From: Alphaproteobacteria bacterium
Lineage (GTDB): Bacteria; Pseudomonadota; Alphaproteobacteria; UBA828
Assembly: GCA_965214705.1 (NCBI GenBank)
Contig: CBDCCI010000001.1
Span: 480,001-544,000 of the forward strand
DNA: 64,000 nucleotides
Reading direction: 5' to 3'
The translations under genes and the position numbers were made by a program. The stretch's first letter is position 1. The number at the start of each line of letters is the position of its first letter. Shown one piece after another: positions 31,126 through 41,984 of this stretch. Under the pieces are notes generated by a model. The model was not told the origin of the DNA. It was given only the letters and a program-made list of their open reading frames with translations, and did no database searches.

Positions 31126-33217
31126 CCGAACTTCCAGTGTGGGATAGTCAAAGAACCGTTGTGCGGCAGGGGTTTCGGCGAGTTTCGAAGCGACGATTAC
31201 TGGACAGGTTTGGCGGTGGTCATCCCCTTTTCGGTGAGCGCGGGCGCAGGATGGGGCCGCAGCCCGAGCAATGCGAACGCCCTTTCCTGCAGTTCGGTCG
31301 GCTTGGTCAGGGCGGGCACGGCGAAGTCGGTTCCGGTGGCGATCTCAGTGGCAGCAAGCGTGCCGAGATGGCCGAGGAGATCGCGGAAGTCGCACACCGC
31401 AAGTCCATCATCCGTCTTTCGGCGCTTGTCCTTGCGCCGGGCCTTTTCCGAGCGTTCCGGCGGCGCCACCGGGTTCGCGGACAGCGGCGCTCCGTCCTCC
31501 TCGGCGAACAGCAGCGGCGCCAGCCTGCGGCGCATGTGCCACTCGACATACCAAGCCAGCATGCAGATCAGAAGATGCGCCCGTACTCGGTCGTCGCGCC
31601 AGTGGAAGATCGGGCGGATCCGCAACGACACCGTCTTGAGCGAGCGGAAGGCGCGCTCGACGCGTGACAGGCTCTTGTAGACGCGGACCGCCTCGACGTC
31701 CTCGATCTCGTCCTCGTCCACGTTGGTGCGTATGACGTAGAGACCGTCGAGGGCGGCCTCGGCGTCGATCGACGCCCGGTCGCGTTCGCAACTGAAGGTG
31801 CCGCTGCCCTCGTCGAATTCGAAGCGGAAGTGCTTGGCCATCTTGCGGCGGCGCAAGGTTCCCAGCCGACGGTTCAACTCGTCGCGGTCGATGTCGCCGG
31901 CGGCGTGGCGCGCGGCGAAATCGCGCGCGTCCGTCTCGGTCGCATTGAGCAGCCCGTCGCGGTTGCGCTTGCGCTCGGCCGCCAGAACCGGGTTGTAGCA
32001 GACGATCAGCCTCTCGCCGGGATAGTCCGGCGTGGTCACCCGCGCGAGGCCCCAGGTGTCGAACAGGCCGGGCGTGACATGCCCCCGGTCGACGAGCTTG
32101 CGGATCGAGGATGCGCGCAGCGCCGTGATCCAGTCGATGCCGTTGGGCGCGAGGTCGCGGTCGATGCGGGTCTGCGCGATCATGCCGCGGTCCCCCACCA
32201 ACACCACCCGCCGGATGCCGAAGCTGTCGCGGACCTTGCGCACCTGGCTGGCCAGAGTCATCGGGTCGCCGGTGTTGCCGGCGAAGGCCTCGATCGAGAC
32301 CGGACAGCCATCGCGGGTGCAGAGGAGGCCGTAGACGATCTGCGGGCGGTCGCCCCGGCGATCCCTCGAATAGCCGCGCTTCGCCATGGGGCAGGCGTTG
32401 CCCTCCATGTAGCTCGAGGACACGTCGTAGAGGACGAGATCGTCCTCTCCGAGATGGCGCCGGGCGAGCTTGCGCTCGATCGCGCCCTGTCGCGCGCCCA
32501 GCCAGTCCATGGCGGCGTAGAGTTCGTCGACGCTGACGCCTTCGACGCCGAGCAGGGCGGCGAGGGTGGTTGTGCCGGCCGCTCCCAGTTCGCGCTCGAC
32601 GCGCAGCTTGGCGCCGGGCCGGATCAGGCGGGCGACGATCATGGCGATGACGAGGGCCCTGCGGCGATCGGGCCGGTGGAAGATGACGCGGTCGAGGCCG
32701 ATGTCGCGAAGGGTGCCGAGAACGGCGCTGACGGCGCCGTGCGCCCGGCTGGCGCGCAGTTCGACGTCGGCGCTGTCGGGATTGAGGGCGGGTCCGCGCT
32801 TGAGGGCGCGTTTGAGGGCTTCGATGGCGTGTTCCGGGAGGGCGGAGAGGTTGCACAGGGTGCGCTTCTTGGGTTTTCCGTCCTGCCAGTAGGACTGTCT
32901 GAGGAGGTGGCAGCGGGAGTTTCCGGACCGGGTGGTTTCGATGTGCATATCGATCTGCCTAGCGAATCGCGGCAATCATATCGGAAAGGCTTGGGAATGC
33001 GGAGCAATTATCGTAACGAGAAAACTATCTACTGACTAGTATTCAGGTTTTGGTGGATGCGCCGGGACGGCGTGATCCAGCGCTGGAGCGCCGAATCGCG
33101 GCGGTTTCGGCGATCATTTCGGGAATTTCGCGCCAAACCGGGCGCTAAACTGCGCAGAAAGGGCGGAAACAGGCAAAATCCGGCCAGATCGGCAATCAGA
33201 TGCTAACGGAAGTTCGG
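31126..33217 (-). mobile_element. IS1634-family IS, 2,092 bp
   Basis: IRs CCGAACTTCC/GGAAGTTCGG. 6-bp TSD GTTAAG (31120-31125, 33218-33223). Confidence 0.9.
31197..32948 (-). CDS. IS1634-family DDE transposase
   Basis: LYDVSSSY, GYSRD, FAGNTGD, VGDRGM, DGLYVIRTN and YKSL..VERAFR..K motifs. Confidence 0.9.
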   Translation of the reverse strand: MHIETTRSGNSRCHLLRQSYWQDGKPKKRTLCNLSALPEHAIEALKRALKRGPALNPDSADVELRASRAHGAVSAVLGTLRDIGLDRVIFHRPDRRRALVIAMIVARLIRPGAKLRVERELGAAGTTTLAALLGVEGVSVDELYAAMDWLGARQGAIERKLARRHLGEDDLVLYDVSSSYMEGNACPMAKRGYSRDRRGDRPQIVYGLLCTRDGCPVSIEAFAGNTGDPMTLASQVRKVRDSFGIRRVVLVGDRGMIAQTRIDRDLAPNGIDWITALRASSIRKLVDRGHVTPGLFDTWGLARVTTPDYPGERLIVCYNPVLAAERKRNRDGLLNATETDARDFAARHAAGDIDRDELNRRLGTLRRRKMAKHFRFEFDEGSGTFSCERDRASIDAEAALDGLYVIRTNVDEDEIEDVEAVRVYKSLSRVERAFRSLKTVSLRIRPIFHWRDDRVRAHLLICMLAWYVEWHMRRRLAPLLFAEEDGAPLSANPVAPPERSEKARRKDKRRKTDDGLAVCDFRDLLGHLGTLAATEIATGTDFAVPALTKPTELQERAFALLGLRPHPAPALTEKGMTTAKPVQ

Positions 33218-33524
33218 GTTAAGGGTTGGGCAGGCTCTCTCTCGAGAGCCTGCCCAACCCTTTTGAACGAAGCCGCGGGCCACGAGAGGCGAAGTTGAGC
33301 TATGTGGAAAGTGCGCTGATGTCAGCGTCAGGCGGCATCCACCGGCAGCAGAGTTGCGCATAAAATCGACGCTCGCGCCGGTCTTTCGGCAGGCATGCGG
33401 GCGCACGCTGCGAGGACTGAGCGGGGTGTGAGCCGAGGGCTGTCAGCCCGGCTCAAGCGGAGACAGGTTCGGTCGTGCGTCGGCGCTTTGGCGCCGTTGC
33501 GCGGGGCCGAAGCGAGCGGGCGTC

Positions 33525-34766
33525 TCACGGTTTCCCCCTGTGGGTCGGCGGCAGCGCCGGCGGGCCGCGCGTCGAGCGGGGCTCATGGCGGCGGCGGATT
33601 TCGCGGACGAGGCGCATGACGCCGCCACAGTGGGGGCAGGCCACGGGCGCGGTGCCGATCTCGGGCTCTTCGTCGGGCTCGGCCCGAGCGCCGTCCACGC
33701 TTCCCTCGGGGGCGGCGCAGCCGAGGGCGCCGAGAGCCTGGCGTGCTCTCTCCAGCGTGCTGGCGCGGCAGCCGTTGGCGAGGATGCCGAAGTAGCGAAT
33801 GCGGTGCATGCCGTCCGGCAGGACGTGCCTCAGGAAGCGGCGGATGAACTCGTCGGCGCTCACGGTGGCGATGCCGTAGCGCGGCTTTCTCTGCCCCGGC
33901 GCCTTGGGCTTTCGGTGGCGGAAGGAGACCGTCTCGCCGTCGAAGGAGACGATGCGGCTGTCGGAGATGGCGATCCTGTGCGTGTAGTGCGAGAGGTACC
34001 GGAAGACCTGCTCAGGCCCGCGGAAGGGCCGCTTGGCGTAGACCACCCAGTCCCTGGCCCGGGCGGCGGCAAGCGTGGCGTGGAACTCGCCGGGATTGGC
34101 GAGGTGGGCGACGGTGCCGTGGAACTCCAGGTCCCCCCGGCCGTGGGCGCGGGCGAGCTCCTCGAGGAAGAGGCGGCGGAACAGGCTGCCGAGGACCTTG
34201 ACGGGGGCGAGGAAGGTGGTGCTCCCCGTCTTCCACTCGCCACTGTCTACGTCGAAGCCCGCGTTGGGCACGACCACGTGCAGGTGCGGGTGGAAGCGGA
34301 GCTTCTGATCCCAGGTATGGAGGACCGCGGTGCCGCCGATGCGCATGCCGCCGTGGCGGGGATCGGCGGCGATGGTGCGCAGGGTCTCGGCGACGGCCCG
34401 GAAGAGGATGTCGAACACCACCCTGCGGTTGCAGAAGGCAATGGCGGCAACCTCCTTGGGCAGGGTGAAGACCACATGGAAGTAGGGCACCGGCAGGATG
34501 TCCCCGGCGCGCTCCTCGCTCCAGAGGTTGGCGGCGAGACCCTGGCAGGTGGGGCAGTGGCGGTTGCGGCAGGAGTTGAAGAGCGGATGCTCGCGCCCGC
34601 AGCCCTCGCAGGCGTACATGTGGCCGCCGAGCACGGCGGTGCGGCACGCCTCGATGGCGCCCATGACCTTGAGCCGGGCGGCGTCGATGCGCCCTTTGTG
34701 GCGCTCACGGAAAGCGGCGCCGGCGCGGCGGAAGATCTCCGCCACGCCCGCGCGTTCGGCCTCCAC
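33525..34766 (-). CDS. IS91-family Y2 transposase (copy 5)
   Basis: One amino-acid difference from copy 1. Confidence 0.93.
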   Translation of the reverse strand: MEAERAGVAEIFRRAGAAFRERHKGRIDAARLKVMGAIEACRTAVLGGHMYACEGCGREHPLFNSCRNRHCPTCQGLAANLWSEERAGDILPVPYFHVVFTLPKEVAAIAFCNRRVVFDILFRAVAETLRTIAADPRHGGMRIGGTAVLHTWDQKLRFHPHLHVVVPNAGFDVDSGEWKTGSTTFLAPVKVLGSLFRRLFLEELARAHGRGDLEFHGTVAHLANPGEFHATLAAARARDWVVYAKRPFRGPEQVFRYLSHYTHRIAISDSRIVSFDGETVSFRHRKPKAPGQRKPRYGIATVSADEFIRRFLRHVLPDGMHRIRYFGILANGCRASTLERARQALGALGCAAPEGSVDGARAEPDEEPEIGTAPVACPHCGGVMRLVREIRRRHEPRSTRGPPALPPTHRGKP

Positions 34767-34772
34767 GCGCCG

Positions 34773-35651
34773 TCAGTTGCGCAACGCTGCGAAGCCTGAG
34801 ATCGGGTGGTCGAGGCCCTCGAACATCTTGCCGGTGACGCGGGCGTAGTGACGGGTCGTGTTCGCGCTTCGATGGCCGAGCATGTCCCGGATCACCTCGA
34901 TATCGCCGCCGCGCTCGAGGAGATGGGTCGCCGCCGAATGGCGCAGGCAATGGAAGGTGTAGCTGCGGTCGAGCTCGGCAATGTCGCGCGCCCTCCTGAA
35001 GGCGGCCTGCAAGGTCTCCGTTGCGATGGGCCTGTCGAGCGAGACGCCGTAGAAGAGCCAGCTCGTCGGACGCGGCCAGATGTTCCTGTAGTAGACGCGC
35101 AAGTAGTGGATGACGATGTCCGGCAACGGTGCCATTCTCTCGGTGCCGCCTTTGCCGGAGGGGATGTGCAGCAGCTTCTTCTCCGACAGGATGTCGCCGA
35201 CCTTGATGGCCAAGGTCTCGGAGATGCGGAGCCCGCCGCCATAGCCGGTGACAATGGCAGCACGGTGGCGGAGGTCGGGTGTCGCAAGGATGAGGTGCTC
35301 GACCTCCTGCTCCGACATGTAGCGCGGCAGCTTGCCGGGCTTCTTGCGGGAGCGCAGGCCGGCGACATGGTCAGGCCAGCCGAGTGTGTCGATGTAGAGG
35401 AAGTTCAGCGCGGCGAAGGAGACGTTGGTCGTGCCCGGACTGAGCCCCTTGTCGATCCGCCCCAGGTACCACTGGCGCACCTGCTCGGCGTCGAGCTCGT
35501 CCGGCGAGGCGTCGTAGTACCTGGCCAGGTTCTTGATCTCGCAGATGTAGGCCTTGGACGTGCTCGCGGCCAGATTGGCGATGCGGAGCTGCTCCTCCAT
35601 GCGCTGGCGAAGAGGGGTGACGGTGTTCGTGTCGCACGCGGTCCCGGTCAT
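34773..35651 (-). CDS. Tyrosine recombinase of element A (copy 5)
   Basis: Identical to copy 1. Confidence 0.92.
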   Translation of the reverse strand: MTGTACDTNTVTPLRQRMEEQLRIANLAASTSKAYICEIKNLARYYDASPDELDAEQVRQWYLGRIDKGLSPGTTNVSFAALNFLYIDTLGWPDHVAGLRSRKKPGKLPRYMSEQEVEHLILATPDLRHRAAIVTGYGGGLRISETLAIKVGDILSEKKLLHIPSGKGGTERMAPLPDIVIHYLRVYYRNIWPRPTSWLFYGVSLDRPIATETLQAAFRRARDIAELDRSYTFHCLRHSAATHLLERGGDIEVIRDMLGHRSANTTRHYARVTGKMFEGLDHPISGFAALRN

Positions 35652-36276
35652 TATCGATCTCCCTGGATCGCGACGGCGCGCCGCCGGACCGATCCGGCGA
35701 CGGTCCGTCGCAGGGGTCGATACTAACCACTGGTGATCGGGAGGCTGCTGGGGATCCGCCACCCGACGGGCGGAGCGCCACTGACGCAACCGGGAAGCGA
35801 ACGCACAGAACAAACGGCACCCGCGACGCCTCGGAAATGAATGAACTCTACGCCGCTAACTCCGCGTAGCGGCTTCGTTCAAGTAGGCCTTGGACGTGCT
35901 CGCGGCCAGATTGGCGATGCGGAGCTGCTCCTCCATGCGCTGGCGAAGAGGGGTGACGGTGTTCGTGTCGCACGCGGTCCCGGTCATTATCGATCTCCCT
36001 GGATCGCGACGGCGCGCCGCCGGACCGATCCGGCGACGGTCCGTCGCAGGGGTCGATACTAACCACTGGTGATCGGGAGGCTGCTGGGGATCCGCCACCC
36101 GACGGGCGGAGCGCCACTGACGCAACCGGGAAGCGAACGCACAGAACAAACGGCACCCGCGACGCCTCGGAAATGAATGAACTCTACGCCGCTAACTCCG
36201 CGTAGCGGCTTCGTTCAAAGCGCGTGCAGCTGCGCCGCCCAGCGCCGGGCCGCAACATAACCACCGGCGCAACATA

Positions 36277-36468
36277 ATCGGTGAACTTCCCCGGCGCACC
36301 CGGAGGCGCGAGGCGGACGTAGAGGGATCGGCCGCGCCCGCCGTCGAGGTCGCCCGCAACCCAGTACCGGCCCCGGCGGCGTCCGTAGGGCAGGTATCGG
36401 CGGCACACCTCCTCGGCGCGCTCGGCGAGCGCGGCGGCGACGCGAGCGGCGGCGCTCACGATGCGCAC
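36277..36468 (-). pseudogene. N-terminal part of the host Toprim gene cut by the RIT
   Basis: AEEVCRRYL..GRYWVAGD..GRSLYVRL..PGKFTD, followed directly by the RIT end TATGTTG. Confidence 0.85.
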
Positions 36469-36667
36469 CTCGGGCCGGAAAAGGGACCGGCGGAGCCGGA
36501 CCTGTGAGCGGGGATGGGGCGCATGAGAGACCTCGCTGGACGCAGCATGGGACGCGCCCCCGTCCCGGCCTCACTCTTTCTCGTGGAGGAGCCGGGATGG
36601 CGGGCGGCGCGCGAAGCGCGAGCCCCGCCGTCCGGCCCTTGAGGGACTCGGATCGGGCTGCACGAAA

Positions 36668-36706
36668 ATGGCCGGACCCGCGCGGGAGGGACGCGGGTCC
36701 GGCCAT
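36668..36706. other. 15-bp perfect hairpin downstream of ssb
   Basis: ATGGCCGGACCCGCG-N9-CGCGGGTCCGGCCAT. Confidence 0.6.
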
Positions 36707-36746
36707 GGGGCGAGCGGGCTAGGGAAACCCGCTGCGGGGAGGGTCG

Positions 36747-37193
36747 CTAGAATGTGATGCCGTCGGCACCTGTCGAAGCGGCATCGCCGGCCGACGTAGC
36801 CTCAGCGTCGGGCGCCTGCGCACCGTTGCCGTTGGCCCCGGCGGGCTTGTCCAAGAACTGGACGCGCGAACCGGGCACCAGCAGGATCTCGGTGGAGAAC
36901 CGGTCCGAGTCCTCGCCATCCTTGCGCCACTTCCTGGTCTGCATCTTGCCCGCGACGTACACCAGCCGGCCCTTCTTCGCGTGCTTCTCCAGCATGTCGA
37001 TCAGCCCGCTCTGGAAGCTGACCACCCTGTGCCACTCTGTCCGATCCACCCGCTGGCCCGATTGGCGATCCAGATACCCCTCGTCGGTCGCCACGCTCAT
37101 ATTGGCGACGCGCCCGCCGGAGGCGAGGTTGCTGATGGTGACATCCGCACCTAGGCGGCCAATGACTTCTGCCCTGTTCAGTCCGAAACTCAT
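36747..37193 (-). CDS. ssb: Single-stranded DNA-binding protein
   Basis: LNRAEVIGRLGAD, TEWHRVV, KGRLVYVAGKMQTRKW and acidic DGITF tail. Confidence 0.93.
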   Translation of the reverse strand: MSFGLNRAEVIGRLGADVTISNLASGGRVANMSVATDEGYLDRQSGQRVDRTEWHRVVSFQSGLIDMLEKHAKKGRLVYVAGKMQTRKWRKDGEDSDRFSTEILLVPGSRVQFLDKPAGANGNGAQAPDAEATSAGDAASTGADGITF

Positions 37194-37919
37194 CTTCGTG
37201 CTCCTTCACGTGCGAGTTCTGACGATGGTTGACGAACGGATCGATCACTCTCTTGACCTCCTCCGTTCACCCTCCTTCAAGCTCTCCCTTCCCTCTCGCC
37301 TGCGGCCCGGTCCGGCGGTGGCCGGCTTCCCGAGGGCCCCGCGGAACGCTCGGCCGGTGACCGCCGTGGTGCCGACGCCGATCCTGGATCGGGAAGTTGC
37401 CGAACGACCTGGCCCACTGCCTGTCTGCGGCAAGGCCGCGTTCATGCCGGCGGCAGCGCCATCAGCGGCACGTTGGAGAGGAACTCGACCTGGTCGGGCC
37501 GCAGCTTGGCGAAGGCGATGCAGGCGGCCGCCTCGGCCTCGGTCTCGAAGGTCCCCAGCTCCCGCGAGGTCTGCAACTCGATCACGGTGATCTGCGGCGG
37601 CCAGAGCACCGCCAGGTGGCGCTCGGGCGCACGGGAGTTGGACCGATACGCGCAGCGCTCACAGCGGGCTGCGCCACCCGAATGCGCCTTGAACGAAGCC
37701 GCTACGCGGAGTTAGCGGCGTAGAGTTCATTCATTTCCGAGGCGTCGCGGGTGCCGTTTGTTCTGTGCGTTCGCTTCCCGGTTGCGTCAGTGGCGCTCCG
37801 CCCGTCGGGTGGCGGATCCCCAGCAGCCTCCCGATCACCAGTGGTTAGCATCGACCCCTGCGACGGACCGTCGCCGGATCGGTCCGGCGGCGCGCCGTCG
37901 CGATCCAGGGAGATCGATA

Positions 37920-38798
37920 ATGACCGGGACCGCGTGCGACACGAACACCGTCACCCCTCTTCGCCAGCGCATGGAGGAGCAGCTCCGCATCGCCAATCTG
38001 GCCGCGAGCACGTCCAAGGCCTACATCTGCGAGATCAAGAACCTGGCCAGGTACTACGACGCCTCGCCGGACGAGCTCGACGCCGAGCAGGTGCGCCAGT
38101 GGTACCTGGGGCGGATCGACAAGGGGCTCAGTCCGGGCACGACCAACGTCTCCTTCGCCGCGCTGAACTTCCTCTACATCGACACACTCGGCTGGCCTGA
38201 CCATGTCGCCGGCCTGCGCTCCCGCAAGAAGCCCGGCAAGCTGCCGCGCTACATGTCGGAGCAGGAGGTCGAGCACCTCATCCTTGCGACACCCGACCTC
38301 CGCCACCGTGCTGCCATTGTCACCGGCTATGGCGGCGGGCTCCGCATCTCCGAGACCTTGGCCATCAAGGTCGGCGACATCCTGTCGGAGAAGAAGCTGC
38401 TGCACATCCCCTCCGGCAAAGGCGGCACCGAGAGAATGGCACCGTTGCCGGACATCGTCATCCACTACTTGCGCGTCTACTACAGGAACATCTGGCCGCG
38501 TCCGACGAACTGGCTCTTCTACGGCGTCTCGCTCGACAGGCCCATCGCAACGGAGACCTTGCAGGCCGCCTTCAGGAGGGCGCGCGACATTGCCGAGCTC
38601 GACCGCAGCTACACCTTCCATTGCCTGCGCCATTCGGCGGCGACCCATCTCCTCGAGCGCGGCGGCGATATCGAGGTGATCCGGGACATGCTCGGCCATC
38701 GAAGCGCGAACACGACCCGTCACTACGCCCGCGTCACCGGCAAGATGTTCGAGGGCCTCGACCACCCGATCTCAGGCTTCGCAGCGTTGCGCAACTGA
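37920..38798 (+). CDS. Tyrosine recombinase of element A (copy 6)
   Basis: One amino-acid difference from copy 1. Confidence 0.92.
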   Translation: MTGTACDTNTVTPLRQRMEEQLRIANLAASTSKAYICEIKNLARYYDASPDELDAEQVRQWYLGRIDKGLSPGTTNVSFAALNFLYIDTLGWPDHVAGLRSRKKPGKLPRYMSEQEVEHLILATPDLRHRAAIVTGYGGGLRISETLAIKVGDILSEKKLLHIPSGKGGTERMAPLPDIVIHYLRVYYRNIWPRPTNWLFYGVSLDRPIATETLQAAFRRARDIAELDRSYTFHCLRHSAATHLLERGGDIEVIRDMLGHRSANTTRHYARVTGKMFEGLDHPISGFAALRN

Positions 38799-40175
38799 CG
38801 GCGCGTGGAGGCCGAACGCGCGGGCGTGGCGGAGATCTTCCGCCGCGCCGGCGCCGCTTTCCGTGAGCGCCACAAAGGGCGCATCGACGCCGCCCGGCTC
38901 AAGGTCATGGGCGCCATCGAGGCGTGCCGCACCGCCGTGCTCGGCGGCCACATGTACGCCTGCGAGGGCTGCGGGCGCGAGCATCCGCTCTTCAGATACC
39001 ATGAGCACGGTGGCACCGAATCGATTCTGGCGGTTAGACAAGCTCGGAGAGAAGGCCAGCACCTTCTCTCCGAGCGGAATCGTCAACAACGGAGTGGACG
39101 GATGTCGGATGGTCCAGACACGACCGCGCTGACAGGCGCAAGTAGTAGCACGATTTATGTCGCGGTGGAGATCAGCCTCAAATCGTGGATCGTTGGCGTG
39201 CATTGCCCGGATGCCTCGGGTGGCAGCATCAGCATCCACACACTGGCTGCTGCCGACACGGCGGGACTGTTGGATCTCGTCGGGTCGGTGCGGGAACGGG
39301 TGGCGAGGGAGCTCGGCGCCCGTCCTCGGGTGATGCTGACCTACGAGGCGGGCTACGAGGGGTTCTGGCTTGCCCGCGATATCGAGCGCCGTGACGCGGA
39401 GATCGATATCTTCATGAACGATCCGGCGAGCCTGCGGGTGAACCGGCGCGCCAAGAAGAAAAAGACCGACCGTATCGACGCGAGGAGGATGGTTCGGGCT
39501 CTGAAGGCATGGGACCAAGGCGATTCGGAGGCCATGTCCTGGGTGCGCGTGCCCGATGTGGACCAGGAGGATGCCAAGCGCCTGCTGCGCGAGAGGGACA
39601 CGCTGATCAGCGAGCGTACCCGCGTCAACAACCGGATCAAAGGGCTCTTGCAGTTGCACGGCATCTTCGATCTGGCGCCGCGCAAGCCGGACTTCCTCGA
39701 ACGCCTCGCGACCGCGCGGACGGGCTATGGGGCGCCGTTGCCGCCGCGTGCGCGGGCAGAGATTGAGAGGGCGGTGGGGATGCTTCGCCTGGTTGAGGAG
39801 CATATCGAGATGATCGAGGCCGAGAAGAGGGCCCTGCTGAAGGCTGGCCGGAAAGCCCAGGACGCGACCAATCGTGACGGGACGGCGATGATCGCGGCGC
39901 TTACGCGCATCCATGGCATCGGCCTCAATGACGCCACACTGCTGGCTGGCGAGGTGTTCTATCGGGACTTCCGCAATCGCCGGGAGTTGGGCAGCTGGGC
40001 CGGGTTGACGTCGGTGCCGTGGGCGAGCGGAGATGTCGACCACGATCTTGGCATCAGCAAGGCCGGCCCCTCGCATGTCAGGAAGCACATGATCCGTAAG
40101 CGGTACGCAGACCCCATACCGGAATCTGGCTTGACTACGACGGGGATTTCTTGAGGAGCGCCGTGAGCGCGCGAG

Positions 40176-41891
40176 TCATTTTGCCTCGGGCTGGAAGTTC
40201 CACGGCAGAAGCTCCTGGATGCCCGACTGCGGGTGGCCCTTGGCGATCTTCTCGAGCGTGCTCCGCATCCAGGCGTAGGGCTCGACGCCGTTCATCTTGC
40301 AGGTCTCGATCAGCGAGGCGATGCGGGCCCAGGCTTGCGCACCCTCGTCGTTGCCGGCGAAGAGCGCGTTCTTGGCGGTGAGCTTCAGCGGCCGGATTCG
40401 GTTTTCCACCAGGTTCGAGTCGATCTCGACACGACCGTCGTGCAGGAACTCCAGCAGCCCGTCCCACTGGTTGGCGATATAGGTCAGCTTCTCGCCGAGA
40501 CGCGAGCGCGGTGAGACGCGCGAGCGCTGCTCGTCGAGCCAGACACCGAAGGTGTTCACGATCGGCGCCGACTCCTCCCAACGGATCGCGCGGCGCTCCG
40601 CCGGCGGCTTGCCCCGGATCTTCTTCTCGATCGCATAGAGCTTCGCGATCCGATTCAGACCGGCCAGCGCGATCGGCGATGCGCTCGAGTCGTATACCTC
40701 TTTCAGCTTCCGTCTTACATGCGCCCAACAGAGGGCCCGCGTCACAGGGCCTTCCGCCCGGTCCGGCCGCGCCAGGATGTTGTGGCCCGAGTAGCCGTCG
40801 AGCTGCACCGTCCCCGAAAAGCCCTCCATAAGCTCGGCGCCATACTTGCCGCCGCGGCCGGGCGCATAGCGATAGACGACGCCCGGCGGGTCCGTGCCGC
40901 TCCAGTGGCGCTCGTCACGCACAAGGGTCCACATGTAGCCCGTCTTCGTCTTGCCCCGGCCCGGGTCGAGAACGCGGATCGTGGTCTCGTCCAGACCCAG
41001 GTGATCCGACTTCTTCAGCTCATCCTCCAGGCAAGCGACCACGGGGCGCAGGTGAAACGACGCCTGGCCCACCCACGTCGCCAGCGTCGCACGGTGAACC
41101 TCGATCCCCGAGCGCTCGTAGATCTGCGACTGGCGATAGAGCGGGCAATGATCGCCGTACTTCGCGATCAGCACCTGCGCCAGAAGAGCCTCGGTGGGAA
41201 GGCCGCCCTCGACCAGAGCGGCCGGCGCCGGCGACTGCACCACCCCGCCCCCCTTGCACTTGTTGCAGGCGTAGCGGGGGCGCACGGTCTCGATGACGGT
41301 GAACTTCGCCGGCTCATAGTCCAGCCGCTCGCTGCGGTCCTCGCCGATCTTCGTCATCTCGCCGCAGCCGCAGGGGCACATGATCGTGTCCGGCTCGATC
41401 ACCTCCTCGCGCCGGTCGACCTGGGGCCCGAAGCGCACCCCGCTGCGCGACCCCCGGGAAGAGCGCCGCCGGCGCTTGCCGCCAGCCCCCTCGTCCTGCT
41501 CCTGGTCATCTGCCTCGGGCCGACCGCCGGCTTCAGCGATCGCCGCCCAAAACTCCTCGAACGTAAGCTGGCGCTCGTCCTCGCCGAGCTTCTCGGAGCG
41601 CGGACCGAACAGCGCCTTCCTGAGCTCCTTGTTGAGATGCTCAAGCCGGCTGATCTGCTCCGCGCTCTGCGCGTTCTCGGCCTCCAGCCGTGCCGCCCGC
41701 GCTTCCGCCGTCTGCCTCGCCGCCTCCGCCGCGCCGCGTGCCTGCTCCGCTTCGCATAGGGCTGCTTCCGTCGCCCGGCGCGCCGCGCGCTCGTCGTCAA
41801 GCTCCGCATGCAGGGCCGCCAGCGCCGCCGAAACCACCGCAGGCGACGGCGAACCGGCGCTGCTGAGGGGTGAGGGCGTGACCTTCGGCAT
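40176..41891 (-). CDS. tnpC: IS66 transposase TnpC
   Basis: FGPRSEK, Zn finger, DET, DGY, CWAHVRR and DSNLVENRIRP motifs. Confidence 0.92.
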   Translation of the reverse strand: MPKVTPSPLSSAGSPSPAVVSAALAALHAELDDERAARRATEAALCEAEQARGAAEAARQTAEARAARLEAENAQSAEQISRLEHLNKELRKALFGPRSEKLGEDERQLTFEEFWAAIAEAGGRPEADDQEQDEGAGGKRRRRSSRGSRSGVRFGPQVDRREEVIEPDTIMCPCGCGEMTKIGEDRSERLDYEPAKFTVIETVRPRYACNKCKGGGVVQSPAPAALVEGGLPTEALLAQVLIAKYGDHCPLYRQSQIYERSGIEVHRATLATWVGQASFHLRPVVACLEDELKKSDHLGLDETTIRVLDPGRGKTKTGYMWTLVRDERHWSGTDPPGVVYRYAPGRGGKYGAELMEGFSGTVQLDGYSGHNILARPDRAEGPVTRALCWAHVRRKLKEVYDSSASPIALAGLNRIAKLYAIEKKIRGKPPAERRAIRWEESAPIVNTFGVWLDEQRSRVSPRSRLGEKLTYIANQWDGLLEFLHDGRVEIDSNLVENRIRPLKLTAKNALFAGNDEGAQAWARIASLIETCKMNGVEPYAWMRSTLEKIAKGHPQSGIQELLPWNFQPEAK

Positions 41892-41984
41892 GGGCCACCC
41901 CTTAATCCGATTCGCCAATGCATGACCAGGGAAAAGTGCAGGCGGGACCGCGACCGAAATCTGCGGCCCCGCCTGCGTGCCGCC

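Larger units (their letters stand above)
31119..35882 (-). mobile_element. Element A copy 5, with IS1634 inserted in its last 7 bp
   Basis: 4,764 bp minus 2,092 (IS) and 6 (TSD) = 2,666 bp. Confidence 0.92.
30345..35987 (-). pseudogene. Tyrosine recombinase of copy 4, split by copy 5
   Basis: ...STSKAY (ends 35883) and ICEIKN... (starts 31118) rejoin exactly. Confidence 0.9.
28789..36218 (-). mobile_element. Element A copy 4, containing nested copy 5
   Basis: 7,430 bp minus the 4,764-bp nested insert = 2,666 bp. Sits in the RIT right arm. Confidence 0.93.
20631..36279 (+). mobile_element. RIT (recombinase-in-trio) element with 955-bp inverted arms; 5,553 bp net of element A insertions
   Basis: Both ends read TTATGTTG-N9-TTATGTTG...CAACATAA. 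Three overlapping tyrosine recombinase genes. Inserted in the host Toprim gene. Confidence 0.85.

Noticed and set aside
38805-40154. 449-aa IS91-IS110 fusion ORF
   Set aside because: Chance read-through across the IS1111 junction, truncated by IS66; the IS110 gene has its own start at 39102.
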